From contig NC_057718.1 of the NCBI RefSeq assembly GCF_004010195.1, positions 9,702,910 to 9,766,909 on the forward strand: a stretch of DNA of 64,000 bases. Reading direction: 5' to 3'. A model generated the notes under the pieces. It ran no database searches and was not told the DNA's origin. It saw only the letters and a program-made list of their open reading frames with translations. Position 1 is the first letter of the stretch, and every line of letters begins with the position of its first letter. This document shows positions 24,985 through 37,157 of this stretch, one piece after another. This DNA is from Chiloscyllium plagiosum (lineage: Eukaryota). The position numbers were made by a program, and so were the translations under genes.

Positions 24985-27795
24985 TATTATTTTTTCCAAA
25001 GTGCAAGACCTCGCATTTGCTCACGTTGAATTTCATCAGCCATTTCTTGGACCATTCACCTAAACTGTCACCTAATCTTTCTGCAGCCTCCCCATCTCCT
25101 CAGAACTACCTGTACATCCACCTAACATCGTATCATCGGCAAACTTCGCCAGAATGCTCCCAGTCTCTTCATCCAGATCATTAATATATAAAGTGAACAG
25201 CTGGGGCCCCAACACCGAACCCTGCGGACACCACGTGTCACCAGCTACCATTCTGATAAAGAACCTTTTATCCCAACTCTCTGCCTTCTGTCAGACGGCC
25301 AATCCTCAATCTATGCCAGTAGCTCACTTCAAACACCATGGACCCTCACTTTACTCAGCAGCCTCCCGTGAGGCACCTTATCAAAGGCCTTTTGGAAGTC
25401 TAGGTAGATAACATCCATTGGGTTTCCATGATCTAACCTACTTGTTACCTCTTCAAAGAATTCTAACGGGTTTGTCAGGCATGACCTCCCCTTACTAAAT
25501 CCATGCTGACTTGTTCTAATTTGACCCTGCACTTCCAAGAATTTAGAAATCTCATCCTTACTGATGTATTCTAGAATTTTACCTACAACTGAGGTTAGGC
25601 TAATTAGCCTATAATTTTCCACCTTATGTCTTGATCCTTTCTTGAACAAGGGGGTTACAACAGCAATTTTCCAATCATCTGGGACTTTCCCTGATTCCAG
25701 TGATTTTTTGAAAGATCACCACCAATCCCTCCACTATTTCCTCAGCCATCTCCCTCAGAATTCTACGATGTAGCCCATCCGGGCCAGGAGATTTATCAGT
25801 TTTTAGACCTTTAGCTTTTCTAGTACTTTCTCCTTTGTAATGGGCACCATACCCAACTCTGCCCACTGAATCTCCTTAATTGTTGGGATATTACTCCTGT
25901 CTTCCACTGTGAAGACTGACACAAAGTATTTATTAAGTTCTTCAGCTTTTTCCTGATCTCCCAGCACTAGCCTTCCTGCATCAGTTTGGAGCAGCCCAAT
26001 CTCTACTTTTGCCTCTCAGTTGTTTCTTATGTATTGAAAGAAACTTTTACTATCATTTCTAATATTACTGGCTAGCTTACCTTCATATTTGATCTTCTCT
26101 ATCCTTATTTTTCTCTTTGTTCTCTGTTTGTTGTTGTAGTCTTTCCAATCTTCTGATTTCCCAGTGCTCTTGGCCACTTTATAGGCTCTGTTTTTCTGTG
26201 TTACATATCCTGAGTTTCTTCATCGGCCACGGTTGTCTAATCCCCCCTCCCCCCGGATAATCTTTCTTTTCTTTGGGATGAACCTCTGTACTGCATCCTC
26301 AATTACACCCGGAAACTCCTGCCATTGTTGCTCTACTGTCTTCCCCACTAGGCGCTGCTTCCAGTCAATTTTCATCAGTTCCTCTATCATGCCCTTGTAA
26401 TTACCTTTATTTAACTGTAACACCATTATATCTAATTCTACTTCTCTCTTTCAAACTGTAGACTGAATTCGACCTTACTATGTTCGCTGCATCCTAAGTA
26501 CTCCCTGACTTAAGGTCTTTTATAAAGTCTGGCTCATTACATAGCACTAAGTCCAGAATAGCCTGCTCCCTTGTGGGCTCCATCACAAGCTGTTCCAAAA
26601 CACCATCCTGTAAACATTCCATGAATTCCCTTTCTTTGGATCGACCAGCAACATATTCACCCAGTCCATTTGCATATTGAAGTCCCATGATCACCATGAC
26701 CTTGCCTTTCTGACATCCCTATCTATTTCCTGGTCCTGACCACTGCTGGGAGGTCTATATGTAACTCCCATTATGGGTTTTTTGCCTCTGTGATTCCTCA
26801 ACTCCACCCACACAGACTCCACATCATCTGACCCTGTATCATTTAATGCCATAGATTTAATTCTTAACTAACTTAACTCTTTCATTCTTAACTCTGCCCA
26901 CCTTCCTGTCTTTTCAATAAGTTTGTAAATCCTTGGATGTTTTACAGCCAGTCCTGAACCCCCTGCAACCACATCTCTGTGATGCCTACCACATCATTAT
27001 CATTCAAGATGATTTGTGCTGTTAATTCATCTACTTTGTTTCAAATGCTTCAAGCATTCAGATAAAGCATCTTAATGCTAATTTTTTTTATCCTCATGAT
27101 TTCCATCACCTCTACCTAAGTTATCCTTCCTTTTTGCTTCATTCCTAGTCAGCCTTGAACTTAAACCCTGCACACATGCTAAGCTGCTGCTTATCTTTCT
27201 ACTTGACTCCATACTCCCTGTTGCTTTCCCCGCCCCCCCCCGACTCACAAGTTTAAAGTCTTAGTGACCACTCTATTTATCCTTTTTGCCAGAACACTGG
27301 TTCCAGATTGGTTCAGGTGGAGACTGTCCCATTGGTACAGATCACCCCGGTTCCAAACCTGATGCCAATGTCCCATGAAATGGAATCCCTCTTTCCCATA
27401 CCGATCTCTTAGCCATGTGTTTCCTTCCCTAATTTTCTTATCCCTATGCCAATTAGCATGTGGCTCGGGCAGTAATCCAGAGATTATGACCGTCGAGGAC
27501 CTGTTCTTCAATTTCCTTCCTAGTGCTTGATAATCCTCCTTCCTAGCCTTGCCTATGTTGTTAGTGCCAACGTGGGCCACAACAACTGGATCCTCCCCCT
27601 TCCACTCCAATATCCCTTCAAGCCGGTCAGAGATGTCCTGCACCCTGGCACCAGGTAGGCAAAACGCCATGTGGGACTCCTGATCTGGCTCGCCAAGGAT
27701 ACTATCTGCCCCCTTAATTAAAGAATCCCCTATAACAACTACTTGTCTTTCTGCTCCCACCTCTTGAATGACCTTCTGCACCATGGTGCCATGGT
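24985..27795 (-). mobile_element. Long CR1 LINE: ORF1 SGNH/GDSL esterase, ORF2 endonuclease and RT (disrupted)
   Basis: ORF 27245-27985 has VVVIGDSL, CLPGARV, HVGTNN, DSLHLN. ORF2 remnants: PTREQAILDLVL, KSPGPDGLH, NYRLISLTSVVGKILE, YLDFQKAFDKVPH. Confidence 0.92.
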
Positions 27796-28424
27796 CAGCT
27801 AAAGACATCCCTAAAGAGCCTACAAGTTGATTTTGTAGTGCAGTGGCTGTTGTAGGAAATGGAGCAGGCAATTTGCATGCAACAAGCTCCCAAAACCATT
27901 CTAGCAATGTCAGTTGGTAGATATGTTTTGGAAAGCCAAATGTAACAGCCTTCAAAATGAGTGTCATGGGATCTCTCCCATTCATCCTGAGAGTATGAAC
28001 AATTTAACATTTCATCAAGAGCTGATACTTCTGTCTCTGTTACACTGGGAGCATCAGCCTAGATTTTATGGTTAAGTCTTGGGAATGAGATTCAGACAAA
28101 GGTGTTCACCATTGAGCCATGTATGATACCCGCAATTGCTTTGCAAATTCATTCCCCATCACAAAACAGGGAACTCTGCAGAAGTTGGAGGCGGAGGCCA
28201 GGTCGGTCACTGTAAGACCATGCAATTATATGTATGTGTCAAGTTTGGTGAGAAATGTAGCTGCTTGGTTCTCATTATCATTCTTCTGCTGCTCAGTGTT
28301 GCGTGGAGTGGAAATGCTTTAATCCAGTGTTGTGATTTCCTACCAGCATTCAAAAGGAAATTGGGTATAAACACTGGTACTAGGGATTAAAAATAAAACT
28401 TACAAGAGAATGGGGTAAGAACAG

Positions 28425-30554
28425 AGATGATGAGATGTGAAGGCTCAGGGCGCTTGAGGGTTACAAGGTAGCCAGGAAAGACCTAAAGAGAGAGGCCAGG
28501 AGGAGACATGAGAAGTTGTTGGCGGATAGGATCAGGGTAAACCCTAAGGCTTTCTATAGGTATTTAAGGAATAAAAGATGATGAGAGTAAGATTAGGGTC
28601 AATCAAGGATAGTAGTGGGAAGTTGTGTGTGGAGTCAGAGGAGATAGGGGAAGCAGTAAATGAATACTTTTCAACAGTATTCACTCTAGAAAACAACAAT
28701 GTTGTCGAGGAGATTGCTGAGATACAGGGTATTAGACTAGGTGTGATTGAGGTTCACAAGGAGGAGGTATTAGAAATCCTGCAGAGTGTGAAAATACATA
28801 AGTCCCCTGGGCCGGATGGGATTTATCCTAGGATCCCCTGAGAAGCCAGGGAGGAGATTGCTGAGTCTTTGGCATTGATCTTTAAATCATCATTGTCTAC
28901 AGGAATAGTGNNNNNNNNNNNNNNNNNNNNNNNNNNNNNNNNNNNNNNNNNNNNNNNNNNNNNNNNNNNNNNNNNNNNNNNNNNNNNNNNNNNNNNNNNN
29001 NNNNNNNNNNNNNNNNNNNNNNNNNNNNNNNNNNNNNNNNNNNNNNNNNNNNNNNNNNNNNNNNNNNNNNNNNNNNNNNNNNNNNNNNNNNNNNNNNNNN
29101 NNNNNNNNNNNNNNNNNNNNNNNNNNNNNNNNNNNNNNNNNNNNNNNNNNNNNNNNNNNNNNNNNNNNNNNNNNNNNNNNNNNNNNNNNNNNNNNNNNNN
29201 NNNNNNNNNNNNNNNNNNNNNNNNNNNNNNNNNNNNNNNNNNNNNNNNNNNNNNNNNNNNNNNNNNNNNNNNNNNNNNNNNNNNNNNNNNNNNNNNNNNN
29301 NNNNNNNNNNNNNNNNNNNNNNNNNNNNNNNNNNNNNNNNNNNNNNNNNNNNNNNNNNNNNNNNNNNNNNNNNNNNNNNNNNNNNNNNNNNNNNNNNNNN
29401 NNNNNNNNNNNNNNNNNNNNNNNNNNNNNNNNNNNNNNNNNNNNNNNNNNNNNNNNNNNNNNNNNNNNNNNNNNNNNNNNNNNNNNNNNNNNNNNNNNNN
29501 NNNNNNNNNNNNNNNNNNNNNNNNNNNNNNNNNNNNNNNNNNNNNNNNNNNNNNNNNNNNNNNNNNNNNNNNNNNNNNNNNNNNNNNNNNNNNNNNNNNN
29601 NNNNNNNNNNNNNNNNNNNNNNNNNNNCTGGATGAGGGCGTAGAAGGGTGGGTTAGTAAATTTGCAGACGACACTAAGGTTGGTAGAGTTGTGGATAGTG
29701 AAAAGGATGTTGTAGGTTACAGAGAGACATAGATAAGCTGCAGAGCTGGGCTGAGAGGTGGCAAATGGAGTTTAATGCAGACAAGTGTGAGGTGATTCAC
29801 TTTGGTCGGAGTAACTGAAATGCAAAGTACTGGGCTAATGGTAAGATTCTTGGTAGTGTAGATGAGCAGAGAGATCTCGGTGTCCAGGTACATGGATCCT
29901 TGAAAGTTGTCACCCAGGTTGACAGGGTTGTTAAGAAGGCATACAGTGTTTTAGCTTTTATTAATAGAGGGATCGAGTTCTGGAACCATGAGGTTATGCT
30001 GCAGCTGTACAAAACTCTGGTGCGGCCGCACTTGGAGTACAGTGTACAGTTCTGGTCACCGCATTATAAGAAGGATGTGGAAGCTTTGGAAAGGGTGCAG
30101 AGGAGATTTACTAGCATGTTGCCTGGTATGGAGGGAAGGTCTTACGAGGAAAGGCTGAGGGAGTTGAGATTGTTTTCGTTAGAGAGAAGAAGGTTGAGAG
30201 GTGACTTAATAGAGACATATAAGATAATGAGAGGGTTAGATAGGGTGGACAGGGGGAGCCTTTTTCCAAGAATGGTGATGGCGAGGACAAGGGGGCATAG
30301 CTTTAAATTGAGGGATGATAGATATAGGACAGATGTCAGAGGTAGTTTCTTTACTCAGAGTAGTAAGGGTATGGAATGCTTTGCCTGCAACGGTAGTAGA
30401 TTTGCCAACATTAAGTACATTTAAGTCGTCATTGGACAAGCATATGGACGTACATGGAATAGTGTAGGGTAGATGGGCTTCAGGTTGGTATGAAGGTCGA
30501 CGCAACATCAAGGGCCGAAGGGCCTGTACTGTGCTGTAATGTTCTATGTTCTAT
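28425..30554 (+). mobile_element. 5'-truncated young CR1 LINE with (GTTCTAT)n tail and AACAG TSD; contains a gap
   Basis: KSPGPDGIYPR, KFADDTK, LYKTLVRPHLEY; AACAG at 28420-28424 and 30555-30559. Confidence 0.92.
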
Positions 30555-30681
30555 AACAGGGGAGTGGCACTAATGATATAGACCTTTCAAAGAGCCAGCT
30601 CAGGCAACGATGGCCCAAATGGCCTATTCCTCTGTTGCATCCTTAAATGATTCTTTGATTAAAGGCAGGAAGTGACTGTAC

Positions 30682-30798
30682 CTTCACCGGATCAATCCCA
30701 CCTCCACCTTGCGTCAAGAATGTTTCTTCAACTTTAAACCACTTGCTTTTCCCTGCTTGGCTTTTAAGAAAGTCAGCGAGAAATCCCAGGGGGTTCTC
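30682..30798 (-). CDS. ECT2L: ECT2L extra exon (ENPLGFLADFLKSQAGKSKWFKVEETFLTQGGGGIDPVK), second half of a Dpy-30-like motif
   Basis: Acceptor ctcatctttcag, donor AAG|GTACAG, 117 nt symmetric phase 0, open frame, in non-repetitive sequence. Confidence 0.8.
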
Positions 30799-31428
30799 CT
30801 GAAAGATGAGCAGAACACTTCATGTTACACCATGCCGGGAGACCCCTTTCGGCAGAATACCTAATGGAGCATGCCTCACTGTAGAACCACTCAGAACCTT
30901 GTAGTTGAACACCCTTTTGAAAGTTATTGAAGCTGCCTCTTTCCCTTTCAGCTCATGTATTTTCTGTCACAAGAATTCAGTATTTTTACTCTCCAACTCT
31001 TTCACCAACTCCCTTGTACCTTGTCTTGAGGTCAGCTAGCTGGACCTTACAGAAGTGAATTCCCTGATTGGGGCTGTTAATCTGGCCCAATCAGGGAGCC
31101 CTGAAGAGGCAGTACTGAAGTCAAGGACTGTTCATGTACAATAAAGGGTGACTTGGTGAAGGGATATTGGCCTTTGTAGAGTTACTTCACTGTCTGGTTA
31201 CTGATGCTCTTGTCAATGTTTAACCATTGCTTCTTATTTACCCCTGACATATCTCTTCATGATATCCAAACCTGCTTTAATTCTCCACCTAGCTTTCCTT
31301 GTTTTGACAAAAGTCCCAGTATCTTCCGATCTCACGCAGTTAGCGAAGAACACCATCCCTGTTACAATTCCAATCTCGAGAAGGTTTCTCTCTAAAGGGA
31401 GGTAAAGAAGCCTCTGATTCTCACATAC

Positions 31429-31532
31429 CTGCTTTTCTCTTATCATTGCGATCAGCCCTTCAGTTAAGGTTTGAGCAAGTTCCTGGTTCTGAAGCATCTG
31501 AGTTGTACTCATCGAGTCAAACATGAGCTGCC
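31429..31532 (-). CDS. ECT2L: ECT2L exon (GQLMFDSMSTTQMLQNQELAQTLTEGLIAMIREKQ)
   Basis: 104 nt; donor CAG|GTATGT; GQ.MFD motif. Confidence 0.94.
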
Positions 31533-31649
31533 CTGCAGAGAAATAACAGGACCAGCTGAACCCTCCGTCAGCTTTGAGAAACTGTCCACCCACACTGATC
31601 CAGAGGACACTTCATGGAACTCTAGTTTCAAAAACTGCCCAAACTGACT

Positions 31650-32870
31650 GCAAGAAAACACACTCAGGTAAGGCAGAGTTATGGGGTGTATGAGCAAGAA
31701 CTGTACCACAGGGATCAATGCTGGGACCTTTGCTGTTTGTCATATGTATTAATGACTTTGATGGGAATGTAGAAGGTCTTATTAGTAAGCTTGCAGATGA
31801 CCTGAAAATTGGGGGCTGTTGATCATGAGGAGTTTGGTCTCAGGCTACAGTCTGATATTGGATCAGCTGGTACATTGGGCTGAGTGATAGCAGATAGAAT
31901 TTAATCCCGATAATTGTGAAGTGTTGCACTTTGGGAGGCCCAGCAGAAAAGGGTATACAAAATGAGTAATGGGTCCCTGGACTGTCCTGAGTACCTTGGT
32001 GTGCAGGTCCATAGATCCCTGAAAGTGCCAGCACAGGTAGACAGGCTGGTGAAGAAGGCATACAGGATACTTGTCTGCATTAGTTGGGGCATAGAACATA
32101 TGAGCAAGCCTAATAAAACATTGAGCTGAAAATGTGTTGCTGGAAAAGCGCAGCAGGTCAGGCAGCATCCAAGGAGCAAGAGAGCCTTCTTCAGGAATGC
32201 CCAAAACGTCGATTCTCCTACTCCTTGGATGCTGCCTGACCTGCTGCGCTTTTCCAGCAACACATTTTCAGCTCTGATCTCCAGCATCTGCAGTCCTCAC
32301 TTTCTCCTAATAAAACATTGATTAGGCCACAGATGGATTTCTGTGTGCACTTCCAGTCACCACCATTATTGGAAGGATGTATTTGCACTGGAGACGATGC
32401 AGAGGAAATTCATCAGGATGTAGTCCGGGATGGAAAGTCTCAGTTACAAGGAGAGATGTGGATAGGCTGGGTATGTTTTCCTTGGAGCAGAGGAGGCTGA
32501 GGGGGAATCTGACTGAGGTATACAGTATTATGAGAGACTTGGACAGGGTAGATCATGAGAATCTTTACCCCATGGCCGATGTGTCTAAGACCAGATGGCA
32601 CAAGTTTAAGGTGAGCAAATGGTTTAGAGAAGATCTGAGAAAAAACATTTTTCACTCAGAGGTTGATATAAGTACAGAAGGTGCTGCCTGAGAGGGAGGT
32701 GAAGGTAGGTACTCTCACAACATTGAACAAACATCTGGATGAGCACTTAAAATGCCAGGGCACAGTAGGCTCTGGACCAAGTGCGGGTAAATAGAATTAA
32801 TGCAGTTAAATGTTTGTTGGTTGGCATAGACTGGGTGGGCTGAAGGGCCTGTTCCTATGCTGAATGACTC
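31650..32870 (+). mobile_element. CR1 LINE RT/3' fragment interrupted by a PLE hairpin
   Basis: VPQGS.LGP and ADD remnants; RRLRGNL; 3' tail. Confidence 0.8.
32124..32307. mobile_element. Mini inverted-pLTR PLE derivative with 13-16 bp TSD
   Basis: TAATAAAACATTG at 32111-32123 and 32308-32320; long inverted arms around scrambled hammerhead halves. Confidence 0.85.
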
Positions 32871-33743
32871 TTTAATTGTATAACTGAGTGAAAGAGAATA
32901 GAAGAAGGATTTATGTCAAGAAAAAAGGTGCCAGGAGAGTGAATGAAGGAGATGGGAAATAAAAATAATTAAATGAGGAGCTGGCCAGAAGAACAGTGCC
33001 AGGGAAAGAGATGGTGGAAGAGGAGGAGAAGATGCTTGGGGAGAAGAAAAATGGCCGGACAGGTAGACAGATGGATAGTTAGATCATTGAAAAATCCTCT
33101 TGGTGGCAGGTGTTGAATGGTGATAACAATACAAATGAAAAAATGTAATTGAGGGACAAGATTGCAGCATGGTGTTCATTTCACTGGGCGAGTGATCCAC
33201 AGGCCCAACTTAATACCCTGGGGACACAGGTTCAAATCACACCATGGCATCTGGACCTACTTAATGCAGTTAATGATTTTTTTAAAAATCATTTGTAACA
33301 TTGTTGTAGACAGTTATAGATGTAAATGTTTGCTGTTAATTTATCTGAACTTCTCAGCATACAAATAATTGCAAAATGCAGATCATTTTATTTTGTAGAA
33401 TAAAAATAAAAGATTCCTGCATCAGCTTTTTTAAAAATGAAGCTGTTTCAGCATTTATTGCCCTTTCTTATTGAACTGAGCGGTTTGTCAGGTCCATTTC
33501 AGAGGGCAGTTCATAGTCAACCGCATCTGGAGTCACATGCAGGCCAGACCAGGTAAGGGTGATAGAGTTCCTTCCTGCTTTAATGACCATTGACAATGGT
33601 TACAATTAGACTAGATTTTAATCAATCTGCTGTGAAGGGATTTGAACCAATTTTTCTAAAGTATTAGCCTGGGTCTCTGGATTACCAGTCCAGCAGCATT
33701 AAGCACGTTGCCACCACCTCCTGACATTAAAGGTAGTAGGTAA

Positions 33744-35202
33744 AAACAATGACTGCAGATGCTGGAAACCAGATTCTGGATCAGTGGTGCTGGAAGAGCA
33801 CAACAGTTCAGGCAGCATCCGAGGAGCAGTAAAATCGACGTTTCGGGCAAAAGCCCTTCATCAGGAATAAAGGCAGAGAGCCTGAAGGGTGANNNNNNNN
33901 NNNNNNNNNNNNNNNNNNNNNNNNNNNNNNNNNNNNNNNNNNNNNNNNNNNNNNNNNNNNNNNNNNNNNNNNNNNNNNNNNNNNNNNNNNNNNNNNNNNN
34001 NNNNNNNNNNNNNNNNNNNNNNNNNNNNNNNNNNNNNNNNNNNNNNNNNNNNNNNNNNNNNNNNNNNNNNNNNNNNNNNNNNNNNNNNNNNNNNNNNNNN
34101 NNNNNNNNNNNNNNNNNNNNNNNNNNNNNNNNNNNNNNNNNNNNNNNNNNNNNNNNNNNNNNNNNNNNNNNNNNNNNNNNNNNNNNNNNNNNNNNNNNNN
34201 NNNNNNNNNNNNNNNNNNNNNNNNNNNNNNNNNNNNNNNNNNNNNNNNNNNNNNNNNNNNNNNNNNNNNNNNNNNNGCCTTGGATAGAGGTGTGGGAGGA
34301 GGTGTGGGCGCTGGTTTTACAGTTCCTGCGGTGGCAGGGGAAAGTGCCAGGATGGGAGGGTGGGTCGTAGGGGGGCGTGGACCTGACCAGGTAGTCACGG
34401 AGGGACCGGTCTTTGCGGAAGGCGGAGAGGGGTGGGGAGGGAAATATATCCCTGGTGGTGGGGTCTTTTTGGGGTGGTGGAAATGTCGGCGGATGATTTG
34501 GTTTATGCGGAGGTTGGTAGGGTGGAAGGTGGGCACCAGGGGCGTTCTGTCCTTGTTGCGGTTGGTGGGGTTGGGTCTGAGGGCGGAGGTGCGGGATGTG
34601 GACGAGATGCGTTGGAGGGCATCTTTAACCACGTGGGAAGGGAAATTGCGGTCTCTAAAGAAGGAGGCCATCTGGTGTGTTCTATGTTGGAGCTGGTCCT
34701 CCTGGGAGCAGATACGGCGGAGGAATTGGGAATATGGGATGGCATTTTTGCAAGAGGTAGGGTGGGAAGAGGTGTAATCCAGGTAGCTGTGGGAGTCAGT
34801 GGGTTTGTAAAAAATGTCAGTGTCAAGTCGGTCGCTATTAATGGAGATGGAGAGTTCCAGGAAGGGGTGGGAGGTGTCAGAGATGGTCCAGATAAATTTA
34901 AGGTCAGGGTGGAATGTGTTGGTGAAGTTGATGAATTGCTCAACCTCCTCGCGGGAGCACGAGGTGGCACCAATGCAGTCATCAATGTAGCGGAGGAGGA
35001 GGTGGGGAGTGGTGCCGGTGTAATTATGGAAAATCAACTGTTCTACGTAGCCAACAAAGAGACAGGCATGGCTGGGGCCCATACATGTGCCCATGGCTAC
35101 CCCTTTGGTCTGGAGGAAGTGGGAGGATTCGAAGGAGAAATTGTTAAGGGTGAGGACCAGTTCGGCCAAACGAATGAGAGTGTCGGTGGAAGGGTACTGT
35201 GG
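33744..35202 (-). mobile_element. Penelope-like retroelement (RT C-terminal part plus pLTR), 5'-truncated, with 12-bp TSD
   Basis: QTKGVAMGT.MGP, RYIDD, DIFYKPTDSHSYLDYTSSHP (PLE-type RT); GGTAGTAGGTAA at 33732-33743 and 35203-35214. Confidence 0.92.
33833..33868 (-). ncRNA. Minimal type I hammerhead ribozyme motif in a PLE pLTR
   Basis: Reverse complement ATTC-CTGATGA-A-GGGC-TTTT-GCCC-GAAAC-GTC-GATT. Confidence 0.8.
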
Positions 35203-35970
35203 GGTAGTAGGTAATTTTTAAGTCAAAGTTCTGATCATTTGCATACTATATATGAGTTTTGTAATGTAGGAGATTGAGCCATATTGTAGTCTGTTTGTCC
35301 TGATACTTAGTTGGGGAATGTTGTTCCATAATTTTATCACACGTTGACTCCCAAGTGATTGTGACAAGAAATAGTGGTGATGGGAGGTGGTATTCAGGAG
35401 TTTTCTGGTCAGGTGCAGACAAACGTCCCTGAAACGGCTGAACCATTATGTTTTTGGGAATGTAAAATTAATGCCTCTGCGACATTTGTGTTTATAAATG
35501 GTCTGTAAATTTCACCAAGGGAAGAAGAGGGGAAATGAGAGGTAAAGACTGAGTAAGAAAAAAGAGCAAAAATTCAGTAAGTGGGAAATCTCAATATTAA
35601 TCTTCCACATCGATTTCTATAGGGAAAAAAAACCCGAAAGAACTGCAGATGCTGGAAATCAGAAACAGTGAGAAAGCGTCACTGGACCTGAAACTTTAAC
35701 TCCGATTTCTCTCCACAGATGCTGCCAGACCTGCTGAGATTTTCCAGTAATTTCTGTTTCAATTTCTATAGAATTCACTGGGTTCTTTGACAGAGAATGC
35801 CAGGATATCAGGAATGAAAGAGCCCGCTGATTATATATCAGGGATAACAACAGAGAAATTACACAGCTTTGCTTATTATGGGAGTTTAAAGAAATTCCAG
35901 TAACTTAACAAGTATTAGGTACCTAACTATTAAATGCAGGAGGAGGAATAAAACATGACTGAAATCGTAC

Positions 35971-36153
35971 CGATCATCCGTGCACAGGTGTCTCGCTGCA
36001 GTTGTCTGAAATACGGCCTCATCTGTTTGCGGACTGTTCTCAGGACCTCCTCCTGTAACTGGGCTGTCCTGCTCCATTCCTGCAGCTTCCTCTCATTGAA
36101 GTACGTGGCTGGGGGAGCTGTATCCCCATCATTCCGCAGCCACTCACTGAAAA
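35971..36153 (-). CDS. ECT2L: ECT2L exon (IFSEWL...YFNERKLQEWS...TVRKQMRPYFRQLQRDTCARMIG)
   Basis: 183 nt, phase 1 to 1. Confidence 0.95.
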
Positions 36154-36413
36154 CTGACAGCCAACAGAGCAAGCATTTAATCTACCATGAGAGGAATGTG
36201 AGGGTTACACAAGAACACAGGACAGGAAGAAGGCCATTCAGCCCCTCCAACTCTCTCTGCCATTCAACTAGATCTTGGCTGATCTTTTGACTCGATGCCA
36301 TTTTCCTGCACTATCTTCATATCCTTTCATACCATCAATCTCAGTTTTGAATGTGTTCAATAAACTCAAGTTGCCTGACATTATTACCAGTGCCCGTAAA
36401 CTGCAATGCATGC

Positions 36414-36742
36414 ATAGAATACCTACAGAGTGGAAACAGGCCCTTCGGCCTAGTGCCCACACTGACCCTCAGAGTATCCCACCCAGACCCATTACCCTAT
36501 TACTCTACATTTGTCCCTGACTAATGCACCTAACCTCCACATCCCTAAACACTATGGGCAATTTAGCACAGCCAATTCACCTATTCCACACACCTGTGGA
36601 TTGTAGGAGGAAACCGGAGCAAACCCGCACAGACACAGCGAGAACGTGCAAACGCCACACAGACTGTCGCCCGAGGCTGGAATTGAACCCGGGTCCCTGG
36701 TGCTGTGAGGCAGCAGTGGTAACCACTGAGCCACTGTGCTGT
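36414..36742 (-). mobile_element. HE1-type SINE
   Basis: Same family as 5705-6020. Confidence 0.85.
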
Positions 36743-36839
36743 CCTAATTCCATTAGCTTTCTTGATTATTTTCTGTAGGGAAAGGCAGGTTGGAACTCGA
36801 AGCTGCTCATGGTTATGTCACAGACCAGAGTTTTGGGGG

Positions 36840-36925
36840 AGGGCGGGTGTGTGTGTGAGGGCGGGTGTGTGTGTGAGGGCGGGTGTGTGTGTGAGAGGGC
36901 GGGTGTGTATTAGGATGGGTGTGTG
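36840..36925 (+). repeat. 18-bp G-rich tandem repeat (GGGCGGGTGTGTGTGTGA), ~4 copies
   Basis: Directly visible. Confidence 0.9.
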
Positions 36926-37157
36926 GGTTTTGGGGAACAGCAGAGGGCGCAGAGAGCAGGAAAGTGGAAGAGAGAGCAAGACGGGGAGAATGGTGGGGTA
37001 GGTGGTAGTATACAGCACAGTGAACCCTATTGACTTTGGTACATCATGCATGTGTGATAACAACAATCGGTTGAACAGCCTGTCAGGGTTGAGATACTGC
37101 ACTTTCGGAACTAAACGCATCAAGGCAGGAGCACGGCAAGAGTCCCAAGATACTCAC

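Noticed and set aside
34280..35214. Plus-strand Gly/Val-rich ORFs of 165-260 aa
   Set aside because: Antisense shadows of the C-rich PLE reverse transcriptase.
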